Shown: positions 1-10,988, numbered from the stretch's first letter. The stretch is DNA of 64,000 bases from Candidatus Bathyarchaeota archaeon (GCA_963782525.1 CAWAKC010000001.1:416001-480000); one strand, 5' to 3'. Notes: generated by a model from the letters alone, not told the origin. Numbers and translations are program-made.

Positions 1-1529
1 AAAATGCCGACGAAAACGATTCCGCTTTCAAGATTTTCTTTAGCGAAATCAGCCGGTAAGCGGTGGTACCCAAACGCCAAAAGACGCTCGCCAGCGTGAG
101 CCATCTGCGCAACCATGCTTAAAACTTCAATTCGCTTGGTATCAGTAAGCTCTGCTTCTTCGCCCATTAGCAGGATTCTGCTAGAGTTTTCTAAAAGTTT
201 CTCTGGTGCACCGCTGGATAAGACCACTTGGGAGTTGTTGTATTGGTAAATATAAGAGGCGAGTTTGCGTTTAACGTCAAAGCTCAATTCGTCTTTGAGT
301 ACCCAGTCCTTCGAAACAGCTTGCGCACTGACGCCGTCCTGTTTTAAGCGCTCTTCGATTGCTTGCGCCATAGGATTCCCCAACGTGGCAGAAATGGCAT
401 TGCCTTGGATGGCGTCGCTTGCTAAAAGCGCCGTTCTCAAAGATGCTTTCTCGTTTTCTTTAAACTCATATGTGGAGGTTATTTTGCCGTCAAAGTAGAG
501 GTGTTCAAGCCGCATCTTGTTCTCGGTGATGGTTCCTGTTTTGTCAGTAGCGATGACAGTTACGGTACCGAGCGTCTCGGCTGCACGCAAACGCTTCACA
601 ATGGCGCCTTTCCGAGAAAGGGCATAGCTGCCTACGCCTAAAACCATCGTAATTATGATAGGAAGCTCCTCGGGAATAACAACAAACGCCAAAGACAGCC
701 CATAGAGCACGGCTTCTGCGGGGCTTGGCTGCAAGCCTCTGATGTAGCTCAAAACGGGTATTAGGATGGCAAAGAAGAGGGCAACCCAAACAAGAGTCTT
801 CGAAAGCTGCTTCATCGCAAGTTGAAGGGCAGTTTTGGGTTCTTTGGTAGCTTTTGTGATGCCGGCGACTCTTCCGAGCTCCGAGTTAACACCCGTCGCC
901 GTTACAACTGCTTTTGCTCTTCCCCGGGTAATTACTGTTCCTGTGAAGAGCATGTTTGTTTGGTCGGTGATTCGTGTTTCATCTGGCAACACGATGTTTG
1001 CATCTTTTGCTGCAGGGAACGATTCGCCAGTTAACGATGACTCATCAACTTCTAAACCGTAGTCTTCTAAGAGTCTGGCGTCAGCTGGAACACGTTGACC
1101 AACTTTCAAAAGCAAGATATCGCCTGGAACCAAAAACGCTGTCTGAACCTCTATTGGCTGACCGTTCCTAAGCACTATAGCGGTCGGCGGAGCCAGTTGT
1201 CTGAGAGCCGAAATTGAGTGTTTTGCTCTGTACTCGTTCCAGACTTCTGCGAGAACAAGGATGATGATTATTACAATGATAGTTAAGGCGTCGGTTAAGC
1301 TGCCTAGAATGCTGTAGAGCACTCCAACAGCTATTAACAAGAGAATCATTGGTTCGGTGATTTCTTCCCGCAGAATCCCCAAAAAACGGATTTCCCTCTC
1401 TTCCACAAGCGTGTTTTTGCCGACTTTGTTTAGGCGCGCTGCTGCCTCTTGGTCAGTTAAGCCCTTCGCGGGGTCAACGCCTAAAGACTGAACCAGTTCC
1501 TCTGGTTTTTCTGAATATGGTCGGCTCAA
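1..1529 (-). CDS. Cation-transporting P-type ATPase (type II-like), 3' end runs off the window
   Basis: Manual minus-strand translation from TTG at 1529 (GGTG SD upstream). Contains TGES, IPEELP and the in-frame phosphorylation motif ATDKTGTITEN (~520-551). Missing from the ORF track because it has no stop in the window. Confidence 0.93.
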   Translation of the reverse strand, partial: MSRPYSEKPEELVQSLGVDPAKGLTDQEAAARLNKVGKNTLVEEREIRFLGILREEITEPMILLLIAVGVLYSILGSLTDALTIIVIIIILVLAEVWNEYRAKHSISALRQLAPPTAIVLRNGQPIEVQTAFLVPGDILLLKVGQRVPADARLLEDYGLEVDESSLTGESFPAAKDANIVLPDETRITDQTNMLFTGTVITRGRAKAVVTATGVNSELGRVAGITKATKEPKTALQLAMKQLSKTLVWVALFFAILIPVLSYIRGLQPSPAEAVLYGLSLAFVVIPEELPIIITMVLGVGSYALSRKGAIVKRLRAAETLGTVTVIATDKTGTITENKMRLEHLYFDGKITSTYEFKENEKASLRTALLASDAIQGNAISATLGNPMAQAIEERLKQDGVSAQAVSKDWVLKDELSFDVKRKLASYIYQYNNSQVVLSSGAPEKLLENSSRILLMGEEAELTDTKRIEVLSMVAQMAHAGERLLAFGYHRLPADFAKENLESGIVFVGI

Positions 1530-1862
1530 GACAGCACCTAAACCCAGGTTAAGCAGGATAATTTCTAAAGGTTGCGAAAGCAACTATGCCCTAAAAAGGT
1601 TGCGCAAGTAATCAATGGAATTTCCAGTGCCAAGCAACCCCTCTTTTTGGTCTTAAGTCACTCGCAAACGCCTAAGTTCCATAATTCATTGTGTAGAAAT
1701 AAATCTAAGGCGATTTATGTTTGTTAAATCCTCAAAAGCTTGCAATAGTGCATTGTAGTTAATCGTTAAAGATCAATTTTGTTTTTGAAAACCAATTTTA
1801 GCTTATTATGCAAAACTTTATAACAGCGCCGAACGTTTTGTGTCTAAAAAGGTAGAAGAAAG

Positions 1863-2783
1863 ATGAAATTCGGCACATACATGTTTGAAGCAAAAAAAGT
1901 TCCAGGCTTCGACTATGACCTTTTCCGAGTAAAACCAGAAGTAGGCAGACGAATGCCGCCCAAAGCTGACATGCACAGTAACATCGCTATCTTCGGAGAC
2001 AACGTAACCGCCCGTATTCATCCAGACTGGATTAGCCAATCTGACTTAGGTCCAGCATGGAGAACCAACGACAACTTTAACGTCCGCTGGGAAGTCCTCT
2101 GCGCAACACAACCAGAACACAGAGCAGAACAACTCGACTACATCGAAGATGTTGCACGCAAAAGCCAAGGAATCTGGCTAAACAGCATCCACTTCGCCGA
2201 ACACGGCCACTGCACATGCCCACGCTGCAAAGACCTATGGAAGAAAAGCGGATTAAGCTGGTATGAATGGAGACGAAAAGAAATCACCGAATACATGGCA
2301 CAAGTAAGCGACCGAGTACGCAACAGAGCAAAGAAAAAATTCGTCATCGGTGTCCTTCCAGACCCCGTTACAAACTATGAACGCTTCGGAGTATGGTTCG
2401 ACGATCTCGCACCCCTAACCGATGAATTCCTCGTCGTCATGTTCAACAAAAACTACGCAACCCCATGGTACAACGAAATGCTCACACGTAACTTCAAGAA
2501 ACTCTTCAAAGACGTCAAACTAAACATTGCACTCTACGTAATTGGGCCCGGAGACGATCCAAAAGAAACACCAACCCCAGCTGAACTCTTAACAGTCTCA
2601 GTACGCATGGCACGCGCAGGAGTAGACGGACTACTATACCTCACAGACAAAGCAGCACAGATGCAAGAATTCCAGAAAGCAGCAATCGCCCAAAAAGACG
2701 TTCGCGAACGCCTAGTAAGCTACGGCGGAAAACAAGGTCAAGAAGTTCTCGACTTAGTCACAAGTTGGGAAAAGCTGTTCTAA
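1863..2783 (+). CDS. Hypothetical protein, glycoside-hydrolase-like TIM barrel with CxCxxC metal motif
   Basis: 306-aa ORF with GIWLNSIHF..HCTCPRC and EWRRKEIT, resembling GHL10/DUF4015-type barrels. Clean codon usage. Confidence 0.55.
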   Translation: MKFGTYMFEAKKVPGFDYDLFRVKPEVGRRMPPKADMHSNIAIFGDNVTARIHPDWISQSDLGPAWRTNDNFNVRWEVLCATQPEHRAEQLDYIEDVARKSQGIWLNSIHFAEHGHCTCPRCKDLWKKSGLSWYEWRRKEITEYMAQVSDRVRNRAKKKFVIGVLPDPVTNYERFGVWFDDLAPLTDEFLVVMFNKNYATPWYNEMLTRNFKKLFKDVKLNIALYVIGPGDDPKETPTPAELLTVSVRMARAGVDGLLYLTDKAAQMQEFQKAAIAQKDVRERLVSYGGKQGQEVLDLVTSWEKLF

Positions 2784-2863
2784 AATAAACCAAACCGTTG
2801 CAGGCAGAAACAACCTATAGTGGTGAAAAACCACCAAGGCTGCCCTTTTTATTTAACCTATTT

Positions 2864-3295
2864 TTATTGTATGTACCCTAAGTTTTTGTTCTGGGTTTCG
2901 CTTATTTCCTTCATCGACTCGTAATGCGCTTCGATTAAGATTTTGAGGGCGTCGATGTTTTTTGTAATATCTTCTACCTCGCCGCTCTTCTGCAAAACCC
3001 CTGACTTTATAAGTTGCTCGTTTATCTTGCTGACTGAAACTTCAATGACCTTAACTTTGAACGCAAAAATCTGCAGCGTATAGAGCAGACTAAGCTGAGA
3101 AGTTAAACGTTCTAAACGATCTAACTCAAGTGTTTTTCCAATGAACGCTCTTAATTTTTGTTCTTGAGAGGCAAGCGGCGAAACAAGAAGCCCCTCATAA
3201 ATGGCCGTTTGTTTTGTGGTTGCTTCCTTGGTTTCATCCACGACTTTCTGAACGCGCTTTGCGGTTTTATCGAGCATTTCTAAGACTTCATCCAT
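2864..3295 (-). CDS. Hypothetical coiled-coil protein
   Basis: Helical, heptad-rich ORF. ATG at 3295 is preceded by GGGGA. Confidence 0.65.
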   Translation of the reverse strand: MDEVLEMLDKTAKRVQKVVDETKEATTKQTAIYEGLLVSPLASQEQKLRAFIGKTLELDRLERLTSQLSLLYTLQIFAFKVKVIEVSVSKINEQLIKSGVLQKSGEVEDITKNIDALKILIEAHYESMKEISETQNKNLGYIQ

Positions 3296-3448
3296 ATAAT
3301 ATCCCCAAATCAATGTTAATTTTACTTTTATGAGACTATATGACCCATTATATATAGCTTAAAGCGCTTGTTTAGGAAGCTTTTGATAGGTAAGCTTTTA
3401 GGTACTTTCATACATAATAACTAAGTCAGAATTAACAAGAGGAATATT

Positions 3449-3517
3449 ATGCCTTCACTTGCAAAAAAGAATGCAGCAAAAAAGAAGAAACATGAAGAAA
3501 AAACCGGGAAGAAATAG
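3449..3517 (+). CDS. Putative 22-aa lysine-rich peptide MPSLAKKNAAKKKKHEEKTGKK
   Basis: AGAGGA SD before the ATG, T-run after the TAG, and it sits alone in the intergenic gap. Confidence 0.5.
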   Translation: MPSLAKKNAAKKKKHEEKTGKK

Positions 3518-3614
3518 ATTCTTCCAGTTTTTTAATTATTCTATCCCCCAAAGCTAAACGTATTTTTTTCTCTTTCATACCTTTAGCACCGGGTTTTTCA
3601 GAATCAGTTTTTGT

Positions 3615-6600
3615 TTAATCTTGCTTTTTTTGCTTATCCTGCTCTGCCGTGTCTTTTGGTTGTTTTGTTCGGGAAAATTTGTGTGGCCACCAATTGAGTT
3701 TCTGCGCAAGCCCCATCAGTGAAGGCACAAAGAAGAGGATAACTACGCTTACGTCAATGAGGATGGCTGCGGCAACGGCGAGGCTAATTTGTTGAAGAAT
3801 CGCGATGCCAGTTATTAGAAGCGACCCAAAAACGGTGGCAAGAACAAGTCCTAGGCAAAGGATTGTTACCCAGACTTTCTCGATGGCGGTTGTTATGGCT
3901 TCGTTGTCGGTTTTGCCGCTGAGGGCTTCTTCGCGGATGCGGGTTACAAAGAATATGTCATAGTCTATTCCTACGCCAAGCATGGTTACGACTACGAATA
4001 GGGGGGCAAAGTCCAAGATGGGCAAGTTGAGCCCGACGTAGAAGATGAGTGAAATTATTGCTAAAGCGAAGACTACACTGCAGAGAATGGTGACTATTAG
4101 GCGGACTGGCGTGAATGCTGAACGGAGTTGGAAGAACAAAATCAAGTAGACCGCAACTGAGAGAATAACTACAACTTGTGGAATCAGGTTTGACATGAAC
4201 GCTTGGCTATCGTAAGTCGATTGGGTTTGTCCTCCAAAATAAACTGTTACGCCACTTAAGAGTGGCACCTCACTAATGTTCTTCTCCATTCCACGTAAAG
4301 AGTCGATTGCAGCTTGACTGGCAGCAGAATCAGAAAAACCTACCTTTATGACCGCTGTTTTGTTGTCTAAACCTATCGCAGAAAGCATCTGACTCTCATA
4401 CTGTGCACGGAGCGTTTCAGACATACCTTCGACACCTGAATAGTTAAAAGCGCTCCCAAAAGGTCTAGTTGGACCTGAAACAGCGCTGACGCCATTAGCG
4501 TTTGCAGCAGCATCTGTGATTTGCTCAAGTTGGTCGAGCAGAGTTTGGTTAAATTGGTTGTTTCCAAAGGCTATCTGTGTCGGCATGGTTACAACGATAG
4601 ATGTTGGTGCTGTTGCAATGCTTCCGAAGCTGTTTGACAGTACAGTTAGCCCTTGGTTGCTTTGGAAGTTAGGTATGAGTTTTAAGAAGTCATCGCCAAG
4701 AGGGGTATTGACTGTTACATAGAGTGCGCTCAACGATAATGCGCTGATGAGTATTATGATGGGTATTTTTCGTTTAAGTGTCCCCTTTGCCACCCGCTCC
4801 AGCAGGTTTTTATTTGAACCCGATTTTGTTCTGTTGCTCCTCTTTAAGCCTGGCCAAAAAATCTTGTCGCCCAACGCAATTTCAAGGGCAGGCAGAAGCG
4901 TCAGTGAAGCTACAAGCAAAATCGAAACTCCTAAAGCTATAGCGATTCCCACGTCGCTGAAGATAGGAACATTAGCGGCTGCCATAACAACGTAAGCAAC
5001 AATTACGGTTACACCCGCCGTCAAAACGGCTTGACCAGCCCACTTAATAGATATTCCAACGCTTTCCTCGGTGGTTTTTCCCTGTTGTCTTTCTTCTCTT
5101 GTTCGCCTAAGCTGCAGAACCGCGTAGTCCACGGCGAGTCCCAGCATTAATAGTACGGTTAAGGTTGGAGTGAGGAAAGTTATGTTCCCATGTCCAACTT
5201 CTACTATGGCGACATAAATGGATGAAAGGGCGACTGAAACTGAAACACCGCCTATTAGAACAGGAATTAAAGCAGCAACAGGAGCGAAGAACAGCAGCCC
5301 AACCAATAACAGTGAAATGGCTATGCCGGGTCCCACGGTGATTTCGAGGGCAGGCAGAAAAGCTTTCTCAACATCCTTACTTAAAACTGGACCACCCGTC
5401 ACATAGACTTTCCCGAAGTCAGATAAACCCGAATTCTGAACTGCGGATTCCACTTGAGCTATCGTGCCAGAATCTATGTTGGATGAAAAGCCCAAAACAA
5501 TCAGCATTGTATCGTTGTTTGAATTCACAAAGTTACCCGTTAACGCGCTAGACGGCAGATAAGGGTAACTCAAATACGGTTTTGTAGAAATCACATTTTC
5601 GATGGCGAATGCAATGTCTGAGCTCGTTGAGTTTGACGAAATGTTTGAGAGAAGAGTGCGTAATGCAGTACCGTTTACGGTGAAGAGCGGCGAATCTACA
5701 AAGGTGCTTTGAGTAGCGTTTGAGATAAGGTCACAGGCTAACTTCCATGTCTGAGTGGTGTTGGGTGATGCACCAAGCTGGTAGGTGAGTTGCATCAAGT
5801 CAGAAACTGAGAATCCAACATCCGCTGAAGTGAGATTACTATAATTGGCTTGCAGCAGTGAGATTGCATAGTTCGCGAGCGCTGCTTTTGAAGGCGAGGA
5901 ACCAAAGTTGTACAGTTGGTTCACAACGCGAATTGGTGAAGCTCCAAGTGCAGATGCAAGTTCCGCTGGGATATTTGACACCATGGTTGAGATGGTCAGG
6001 TTATTAATGGCGCTTTCTTGGTTCCAGTTGTTAACGTTCAAGCCTTGGGCAACAAGACCAAAAGTTTGGCTTGTCTGGGCATCAAGTTGGCCGCTGCTTA
6101 GAAGAGCCGTAACTGACTGTCCAATTGCGAAGGCTTCCCGGTCAATCACTGCTGTGTTGTTTGGGAGAGTTTGGAAACTATTGATCCAAGCGCCAAAGAA
6201 GGCAGAGTAATACCCGATGGCTTGGGGGTCGCCTCCGAAGTTAGAAGTTACGCTGTAAGTTGTGTCGTTGGCTAAAGAGTTCGCGAGATATGGGTCTGTT
6301 ATGCCTTGGGCTGTGATTCCCTGCCAAACACCGACAAACGCTGCTGGAACACCGTAGATTAGTTGTGCAGTTTGGTTGATGCCGAATTGAAGCTGGAACA
6401 GGTTCTCACTTAAAACCGATAGGTTGCCCTGCAAGGTGTATAGTCCAGAGTTAATTGTTCCGATTTCTGATTGGAGACTGGATGTTTGATTCAGAATGTC
6501 GGGCAATGATGAGTTTAGCAAGCTTGCCTCCAATGTGTACAGGCTTGACTGCCCTGTGTAATTGAGAATATTTGGGTTTTCAGTTAAAGTGCCGTTCAAT

Positions 6601-6899
6601 GCAAGGATTGTCTGCTTTAACGAATCCGAATAAACCGAAGCGCCCTCAAGAACAATTAAAATGCTGTTGTCGCTGCCGTTGGATGAAGACGGAAATTGCG
6701 CCTTAATTATGTTTGCAGCTTTTTCAGACTCAGCATTGGGTTGCCCACCAAACCCTCCTGTTAGATCGTAGGAAACTGCTGAAAAGAAGCTGGGAATAAG
6801 CACAAGCGAAAGCAGAACTGCAACTACCCACGCCACGATGACCCCACGGTAACGTTTCCTAATGAAGACGTTTAGTGAATCAAAAAAAGACCTTGGCAA
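3615..6899 (-). CDS. MMPL/RND family transporter with large extracellular domain
   Basis: Two TM bundles with GLAVDYA and GVGIDYDIFFVTRIREE motifs. Confidence 0.92.
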   Translation of the reverse strand: MPRSFFDSLNVFIRKRYRGVIVAWVVAVLLSLVLIPSFFSAVSYDLTGGFGGQPNAESEKAANIIKAQFPSSSNGSDNSILIVLEGASVYSDSLKQTILALNGTLTENPNILNYTGQSSLYTLEASLLNSSLPDILNQTSSLQSEIGTINSGLYTLQGNLSVLSENLFQLQFGINQTAQLIYGVPAAFVGVWQGITAQGITDPYLANSLANDTTYSVTSNFGGDPQAIGYYSAFFGAWINSFQTLPNNTAVIDREAFAIGQSVTALLSSGQLDAQTSQTFGLVAQGLNVNNWNQESAINNLTISTMVSNIPAELASALGASPIRVVNQLYNFGSSPSKAALANYAISLLQANYSNLTSADVGFSVSDLMQLTYQLGASPNTTQTWKLACDLISNATQSTFVDSPLFTVNGTALRTLLSNISSNSTSSDIAFAIENVISTKPYLSYPYLPSSALTGNFVNSNNDTMLIVLGFSSNIDSGTIAQVESAVQNSGLSDFGKVYVTGGPVLSKDVEKAFLPALEITVGPGIAISLLLVGLLFFAPVAALIPVLIGGVSVSVALSSIYVAIVEVGHGNITFLTPTLTVLLMLGLAVDYAVLQLRRTREERQQGKTTEESVGISIKWAGQAVLTAGVTVIVAYVVMAAANVPIFSDVGIAIALGVSILLVASLTLLPALEIALGDKIFWPGLKRSNRTKSGSNKNLLERVAKGTLKRKIPIIILISALSLSALYVTVNTPLGDDFLKLIPNFQSNQGLTVLSNSFGSIATAPTSIVVTMPTQIAFGNNQFNQTLLDQLEQITDAAANANGVSAVSGPTRPFGSAFNYSGVEGMSETLRAQYESQMLSAIGLDNKTAVIKVGFSDSAASQAAIDSLRGMEKNISEVPLLSGVTVYFGGQTQSTYDSQAFMSNLIPQVVVILSVAVYLILFFQLRSAFTPVRLIVTILCSVVFALAIISLIFYVGLNLPILDFAPLFVVVTMLGVGIDYDIFFVTRIREEALSGKTDNEAITTAIEKVWVTILCLGLVLATVFGSLLITGIAILQQISLAVAAAILIDVSVVILFFVPSLMGLAQKLNWWPHKFSRTKQPKDTAEQDKQKKQD

Positions 6900-7144
6900 C
6901 AGACATCAAACTCCAAACAAACCACGTATATTTACCAATTTTTCATAGCCTTTGCCAATTTGCAAAGTATGGTTTAAGGATTTCCCACAATCTAGTCAAA
7001 ACAATCCAATTCAGAACCTACAATCTACTGTATTTCTTAAAGCGTTGGGAGAAAAATAAAAAAAGTGCATTTTTTCTTTTTTGTGATAATTAAAATTCCT
7101 AAACAAACCTTTTCTATTTACAAATTGTTGCTGGGAGTTTGCTA

Positions 7145-7650
7145 TCAACGCACAAATTTGAGAACTTTTGAAATGTCATTTTGTAGAAGTTTTTGCTGGT
7201 TTTCTTTGTATTTCGAAAGTTGCAAATTAGATAGACCTTGTTTTATCTCAGCGTTAAATTTGTCTGTGACGTCCAAGATAGTTACGAGCCCTTGAATGGA
7301 TTGCCTTGCCGTTATGAATTTTTCGTCATTGCAGCAACTCAGGTATTTTTGGAATGTTTTGGCGAACTTGCCCTCTTTATCCCAACGTAGATTCGCGGCA
7401 ATGAGCATAACGCCAAGGCTTCGCTGATATGAGTTGTCGCTGTCCAATTTTTTCTCCAATTCACCCCAATACTCGTAAACAGTTGGAAACAACCGGGATA
7501 CTGACTGCAACAACAAGAAAGCGCTATAACGTAACTTGTCGTTTTTTTGTTGAGCTTTTCAAAGAGTAAACGGACATCGGCGGCGTTGAGGTTTTTTGAT
7601 ATGGCGGGAACAGCGGTTTTCTCCACCTTTTTTAATTCATCATCGTCCAT
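7145..7650 (-). pseudogene. HEAT/ARM-repeat-like protein split by a frameshift in a T7 homopolymer (~7542-7548)
   Basis: ORFs 7339..7650 and 7145..7516 join into one plausible protein (..EKLN / DDKLRYSAFLLLQSVS..). Could be an assembly error. Confidence 0.6.
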
Positions 7651-7936
7651 GTTTTCACAGATTCAATCTGCTCGTTTTACGGCTATAAATTTTTGGCAAC
7701 CCCGAAACTTCTGGGTTTAGCCAATGAGCTTCCTCTATGCAGGAAGAAAACCTTTGCTTTTGTCTCAGACAGCAACAGCAACTGTAATCACCATCCTGAT
7801 TTGAAAATAGTCGATATTGCTAAGCAAAAATATCTCGAAAGCTAAATACAAGCTTCCGATAAAAATAAAAGCTAAGCTTCCCTTAGGTCAAGTTAGTGTT
7901 TTTCAATCGCTAAAAAGGTTTGAGAGGTGATTTTGA

Positions 7937-8266
7937 ATGAAGAAATTTATGATTTTGTATATGGCACCGGTTTCTGCTGAGTCGCAGATGAATGTGAGTC
8001 CTGAAGAAATGAAGAAGGGTATGGAACCGTGGAATGCTTGGTACAAGAAATGCGGAAAAGCAATCGTTGACATGGGCACGCCCCTTGGAATGGGCGCATG
8101 TGTTGACAAGAAGGGAACAGCTAAAAGCCAAAGCCAAGTAACAGGCTACTCAATAGTCCAAGCAAAAGACTTAGACGCTGCAAAAGCAATGCTCACTGAC
8201 CATCCTCACTTAATGATGCCTAAAGCAAGCATCGAAGTCTTTGAAATGATGGCGATGAATTCGTAG
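7937..8266 (+). CDS. YCII-related domain protein
   Basis: MKKFMILY start, W..W, GYSIVQAKDLDAA..HPHL; GAGGTGA SD. Confidence 0.8.
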   Translation: MKKFMILYMAPVSAESQMNVSPEEMKKGMEPWNAWYKKCGKAIVDMGTPLGMGACVDKKGTAKSQSQVTGYSIVQAKDLDAAKAMLTDHPHLMMPKASIEVFEMMAMNS

Positions 8267-8604
8267 ATTCACAACTCTCACGAACATTTCTTCTTTTCAC
8301 TCAGAATTTTTTTATTCATAAGGAAATTTAAGGCTTGATAAAAAAAATCTCATATGACATATTACAATTTTTGGAATATTTGATTCACGAAATAACCCAG
8401 TTATATATTCTTGTAAAATGATTTCTTGGTTCAAAAATGACAGAGAAAAACTTAGACATCCACCAGTTCATCATACGAGAAGCATACACTAGAACCAGAG
8501 CAAAGCATAGCTTTAATACTACAGAATGTGCACTTGAAGAAATCTTTGGACCCCATTTTAAATAAAAAAAATTAACAGAACTAAAAATATTCCAAAAAAT
8601 AATT

Positions 8605-9075
8605 TCAACACTTTAACAGAATTGCTCTTCTAAGGACACCAGTCAGAACAGAGAACACCACCAAACCCAAAAGCAACACAATGTTGAAAAAATTAATATG
8701 CAAGAAAATCGAAAGCGCAGTAAGAATAATGGGTACTATGCTTAGCAAAGTATACACGAATGGAAAGAATCTGAGTGCTTTTCTGTTTATGTTTAGGTCT
8801 TGTATTGAGGTTTTGGTGAAGAAAAGGTCAGGCAGTTTTCCCATGCCAATCGTGCAGGTTTTGCACCAAAAACAGTTGATGCATCCTTTTTTGCCCAACT
8901 CATAAAAAACCAGAAAAGCCGCTAAAGCAAAAAAGATTAAAGCACCAAACGAAAGGAACAGCCAACAAGAAGCAGTTCCCAAGAGAATCCACATAACAAT
9001 GGCTAAGTTGCCAAATACCAATCCGGTTTTTGAATATTCCCTTTTCTTTTTTTCAACCGAGACCACATCTTTCAC
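8605..9075 (-). CDS. Hypothetical 4-TM membrane protein with CxxCxxC cluster
   Basis: Hydrophobic segments flanking GCINCFWCKTCTIG; last gene of the operon. Confidence 0.7.
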   Translation of the reverse strand: MKDVVSVEKKKREYSKTGLVFGNLAIVMWILLGTASCWLFLSFGALIFFALAAFLVFYELGKKGCINCFWCKTCTIGMGKLPDLFFTKTSIQDLNINRKALRFFPFVYTLLSIVPIILTALSIFLHINFFNIVLLLGLVVFSVLTGVLRRAILLKC

Positions 9076-9081
9076 CCGATA

Positions 9082-10371
9082 CTATTTCTCTTCAACAATG
9101 CTTTTTGTGACCTTTAATGCTAAAGCTGCCGTCGTCAACATGGTTGGCAAGCCTTGAGATCGCGGCATAAGCGAGAGATCTGCAACCCAGAGGTTCTTGG
9201 GAAGCGAATCAGAATGCATAGTTTTCGCATCACTCTTTGTAAGCGGTACGGTGCCTCCGAGATGCCCGCCATGAATCATGCCGTCTACTAAGGGTCCCTT
9301 TACTCCAGAGGCTTCCATGATTTCTTTAGCTATAACTTTGGCGCCTTCCAAACGTTCTTGGTCAACTTCAGTTAGCGCTTTTGTGACTGTTCCATCGGCG
9401 GCGACTGAGCCCATTTCAGTTTCCGCGAGCTTAATCATCATCCCCACTCGGTTCTCTGCCGACACATCTTTCCAGGGCTTGTGGAACCAGTAGGAGAGTA
9501 AGTCAAAGTAGGGTGAGAGAATGTAATTTTCTTGTTTGATGAACCAAACCATGGGTGGTTCGTTCAGCATTCGGGCATTCTTGGAGACGCCGCCAACAGT
9601 CAAGACCACGTCAACCCAAAGATTATCATGGACTGGTAGGTCAGATGCTTTCAGGATTTTGGCAGTTCCAATTCCTCCCGCAGATAAAACAACAAGGTCG
9701 GCATTCAGTCGCTCAAGCGATGAACCATGAGAAACTAAAACCCCCTTGGCACAACCTTTTTCTACCACTACTTTCTTGACTGGCGCATTGGTCTTCAAAG
9801 TGATGCCTTTTCCAAGAACCTCCTGATACAGTTGTCTACTATCCCATTTTGCCCCTGTTACACAACCCAATTCACAGTAACCACAGCCCACACATTTCTT
9901 TAAATCAACCACTTTCGGGGTTGGCTTAGGGGTGTACCCCAGTTTTTCGGCTTCATCAAACATCTGTTGGCTTAACGGTCGCCATTTTTCTCTTGGAATA
10001 GGATTAATTGTTAGTTCGCTTTCTAATTCATTGTATTCGGCTGTTAAGTCAAGACCTATTTCCTTTAGGCCACGTTCAGCCCGCACCATGTTGCCGCAGG
10101 AAATTTCGGTACATCCACCTTCAGTAACTCCGTAAAAAATTGCTAAGTCTTTACTTGAGCGGGTGGTATGATAGTGCGGAAAAATCCGTTTTATCGAGTT
10201 TTCATTTTTTAGCAGCGGCGTTCCTCTAAGCGAGCTTAGCCAAGAAACCTTGTGGGTCAGCGGACTGAAAGGTTGCCCCGCTTCCAACATCAGCACTTCG
10301 AACCCTTTGCTTGCGAGTACGCGAGCTGCAGTTGCTCCTCCCGCTCCGGTTCCAACTACAATCGCCTTCAC
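9082..10371 (-). CDS. GMC-family FAD oxidoreductase (long-chain alcohol oxidase-like) with CxxCxxCxxxC motif
   Basis: VVGTGAGG FAD motif, CVGCGYCELGC..GAKW, GHLGGT, LWVADLSLMP. Probable GTG start at 10371 after AAGGAG. Confidence 0.85.
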   Translation of the reverse strand: MKAIVVGTGAGGATAARVLASKGFEVLMLEAGQPFSPLTHKVSWLSSLRGTPLLKNENSIKRIFPHYHTTRSSKDLAIFYGVTEGGCTEISCGNMVRAERGLKEIGLDLTAEYNELESELTINPIPREKWRPLSQQMFDEAEKLGYTPKPTPKVVDLKKCVGCGYCELGCVTGAKWDSRQLYQEVLGKGITLKTNAPVKKVVVEKGCAKGVLVSHGSSLERLNADLVVLSAGGIGTAKILKASDLPVHDNLWVDVVLTVGGVSKNARMLNEPPMVWFIKQENYILSPYFDLLSYWFHKPWKDVSAENRVGMMIKLAETEMGSVAADGTVTKALTEVDQERLEGAKVIAKEIMEASGVKGPLVDGMIHGGHLGGTVPLTKSDAKTMHSDSLPKNLWVADLSLMPRSQGLPTMLTTAALALKVTKSIVEEK

Positions 10372-10373
10372 AC

Positions 10374-10988
10374 TTAATTTCTCCTTTCTATTCTTGCGGT
10401 GCAAACGTTGCAGCCGCCAGTTATTTCCTTTTCAAACTTCATGCTCATGTTAGGGTTTAATCCCTCCATTACGCCTTCATCTGTCGCGCTTAAGACCCTG
10501 CATGTCAACTCTGAATAATACTTCGCCAAAGCACAATGGTCAACAGTGAGTAATCCTTGATTTGTTCCAGTCCATTCGATTTTAAATTTTATACCTAACA
10601 CACGATACATTATTTTGGCTGTCTTGACTATATCCTCAGGACTATCGCCTACGCCCAATCTATCTCGATTTTGTTTGCCCAGTTGCTCCCCAACTTTAAG
10701 CAATGCTTCTCTTCCCACCTTAACTGCGGTTTCCTGCCCTAAAGCTTCTGCTAATGCCTCAACTAGAATGGTGTGCTGCTTTGCCATAAAAGCTCTTTTA
10801 GCGTTAATGCTTTTCATCGATTGCCGCTCTGTAGCTACAGCTTTAACTGATGTGTCTGGAGAATGGTCACGTAGCGCATCTTTGAGAGCCTGAATAGTTA
10901 AGTCTGAGATAGCATCTAGCTCTCGACTGATAGCGTACTTAGGCATCCACAACGATAAAAAAGTAAGTTTCACACCCATCACGATCAC
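10374..10988 (-). CDS. V4R/ATC-hydrolase-like ligand-binding domain protein
   Basis: DHCAL..C..LSATDEG....ITGGCNVC pattern of the V4R-like fold. Confidence 0.65.
   Translation of the reverse strand: MIVMGVKLTFLSLWMPKYAISRELDAISDLTIQALKDALRDHSPDTSVKAVATERQSMKSINAKRAFMAKQHTILVEALAEALGQETAVKVGREALLKVGEQLGKQNRDRLGVGDSPEDIVKTAKIMYRVLGIKFKIEWTGTNQGLLTVDHCALAKYYSELTCRVLSATDEGVMEGLNPNMSMKFEKEITGGCNVCTARIERRN

Noticed and set aside
265-1171. Short plus-strand ORFs here and similar 60-140 aa shadow ORFs throughout the track
   Set aside because: They are antisense or out-of-frame shadows of well-supported genes (here the P-type ATPase).
8437-8616. 59-aa plus-strand ORF after a TTATATAT box
   Set aside because: No SD, no recognisable motif, and it runs through an A-rich terminator region; too weak to call.
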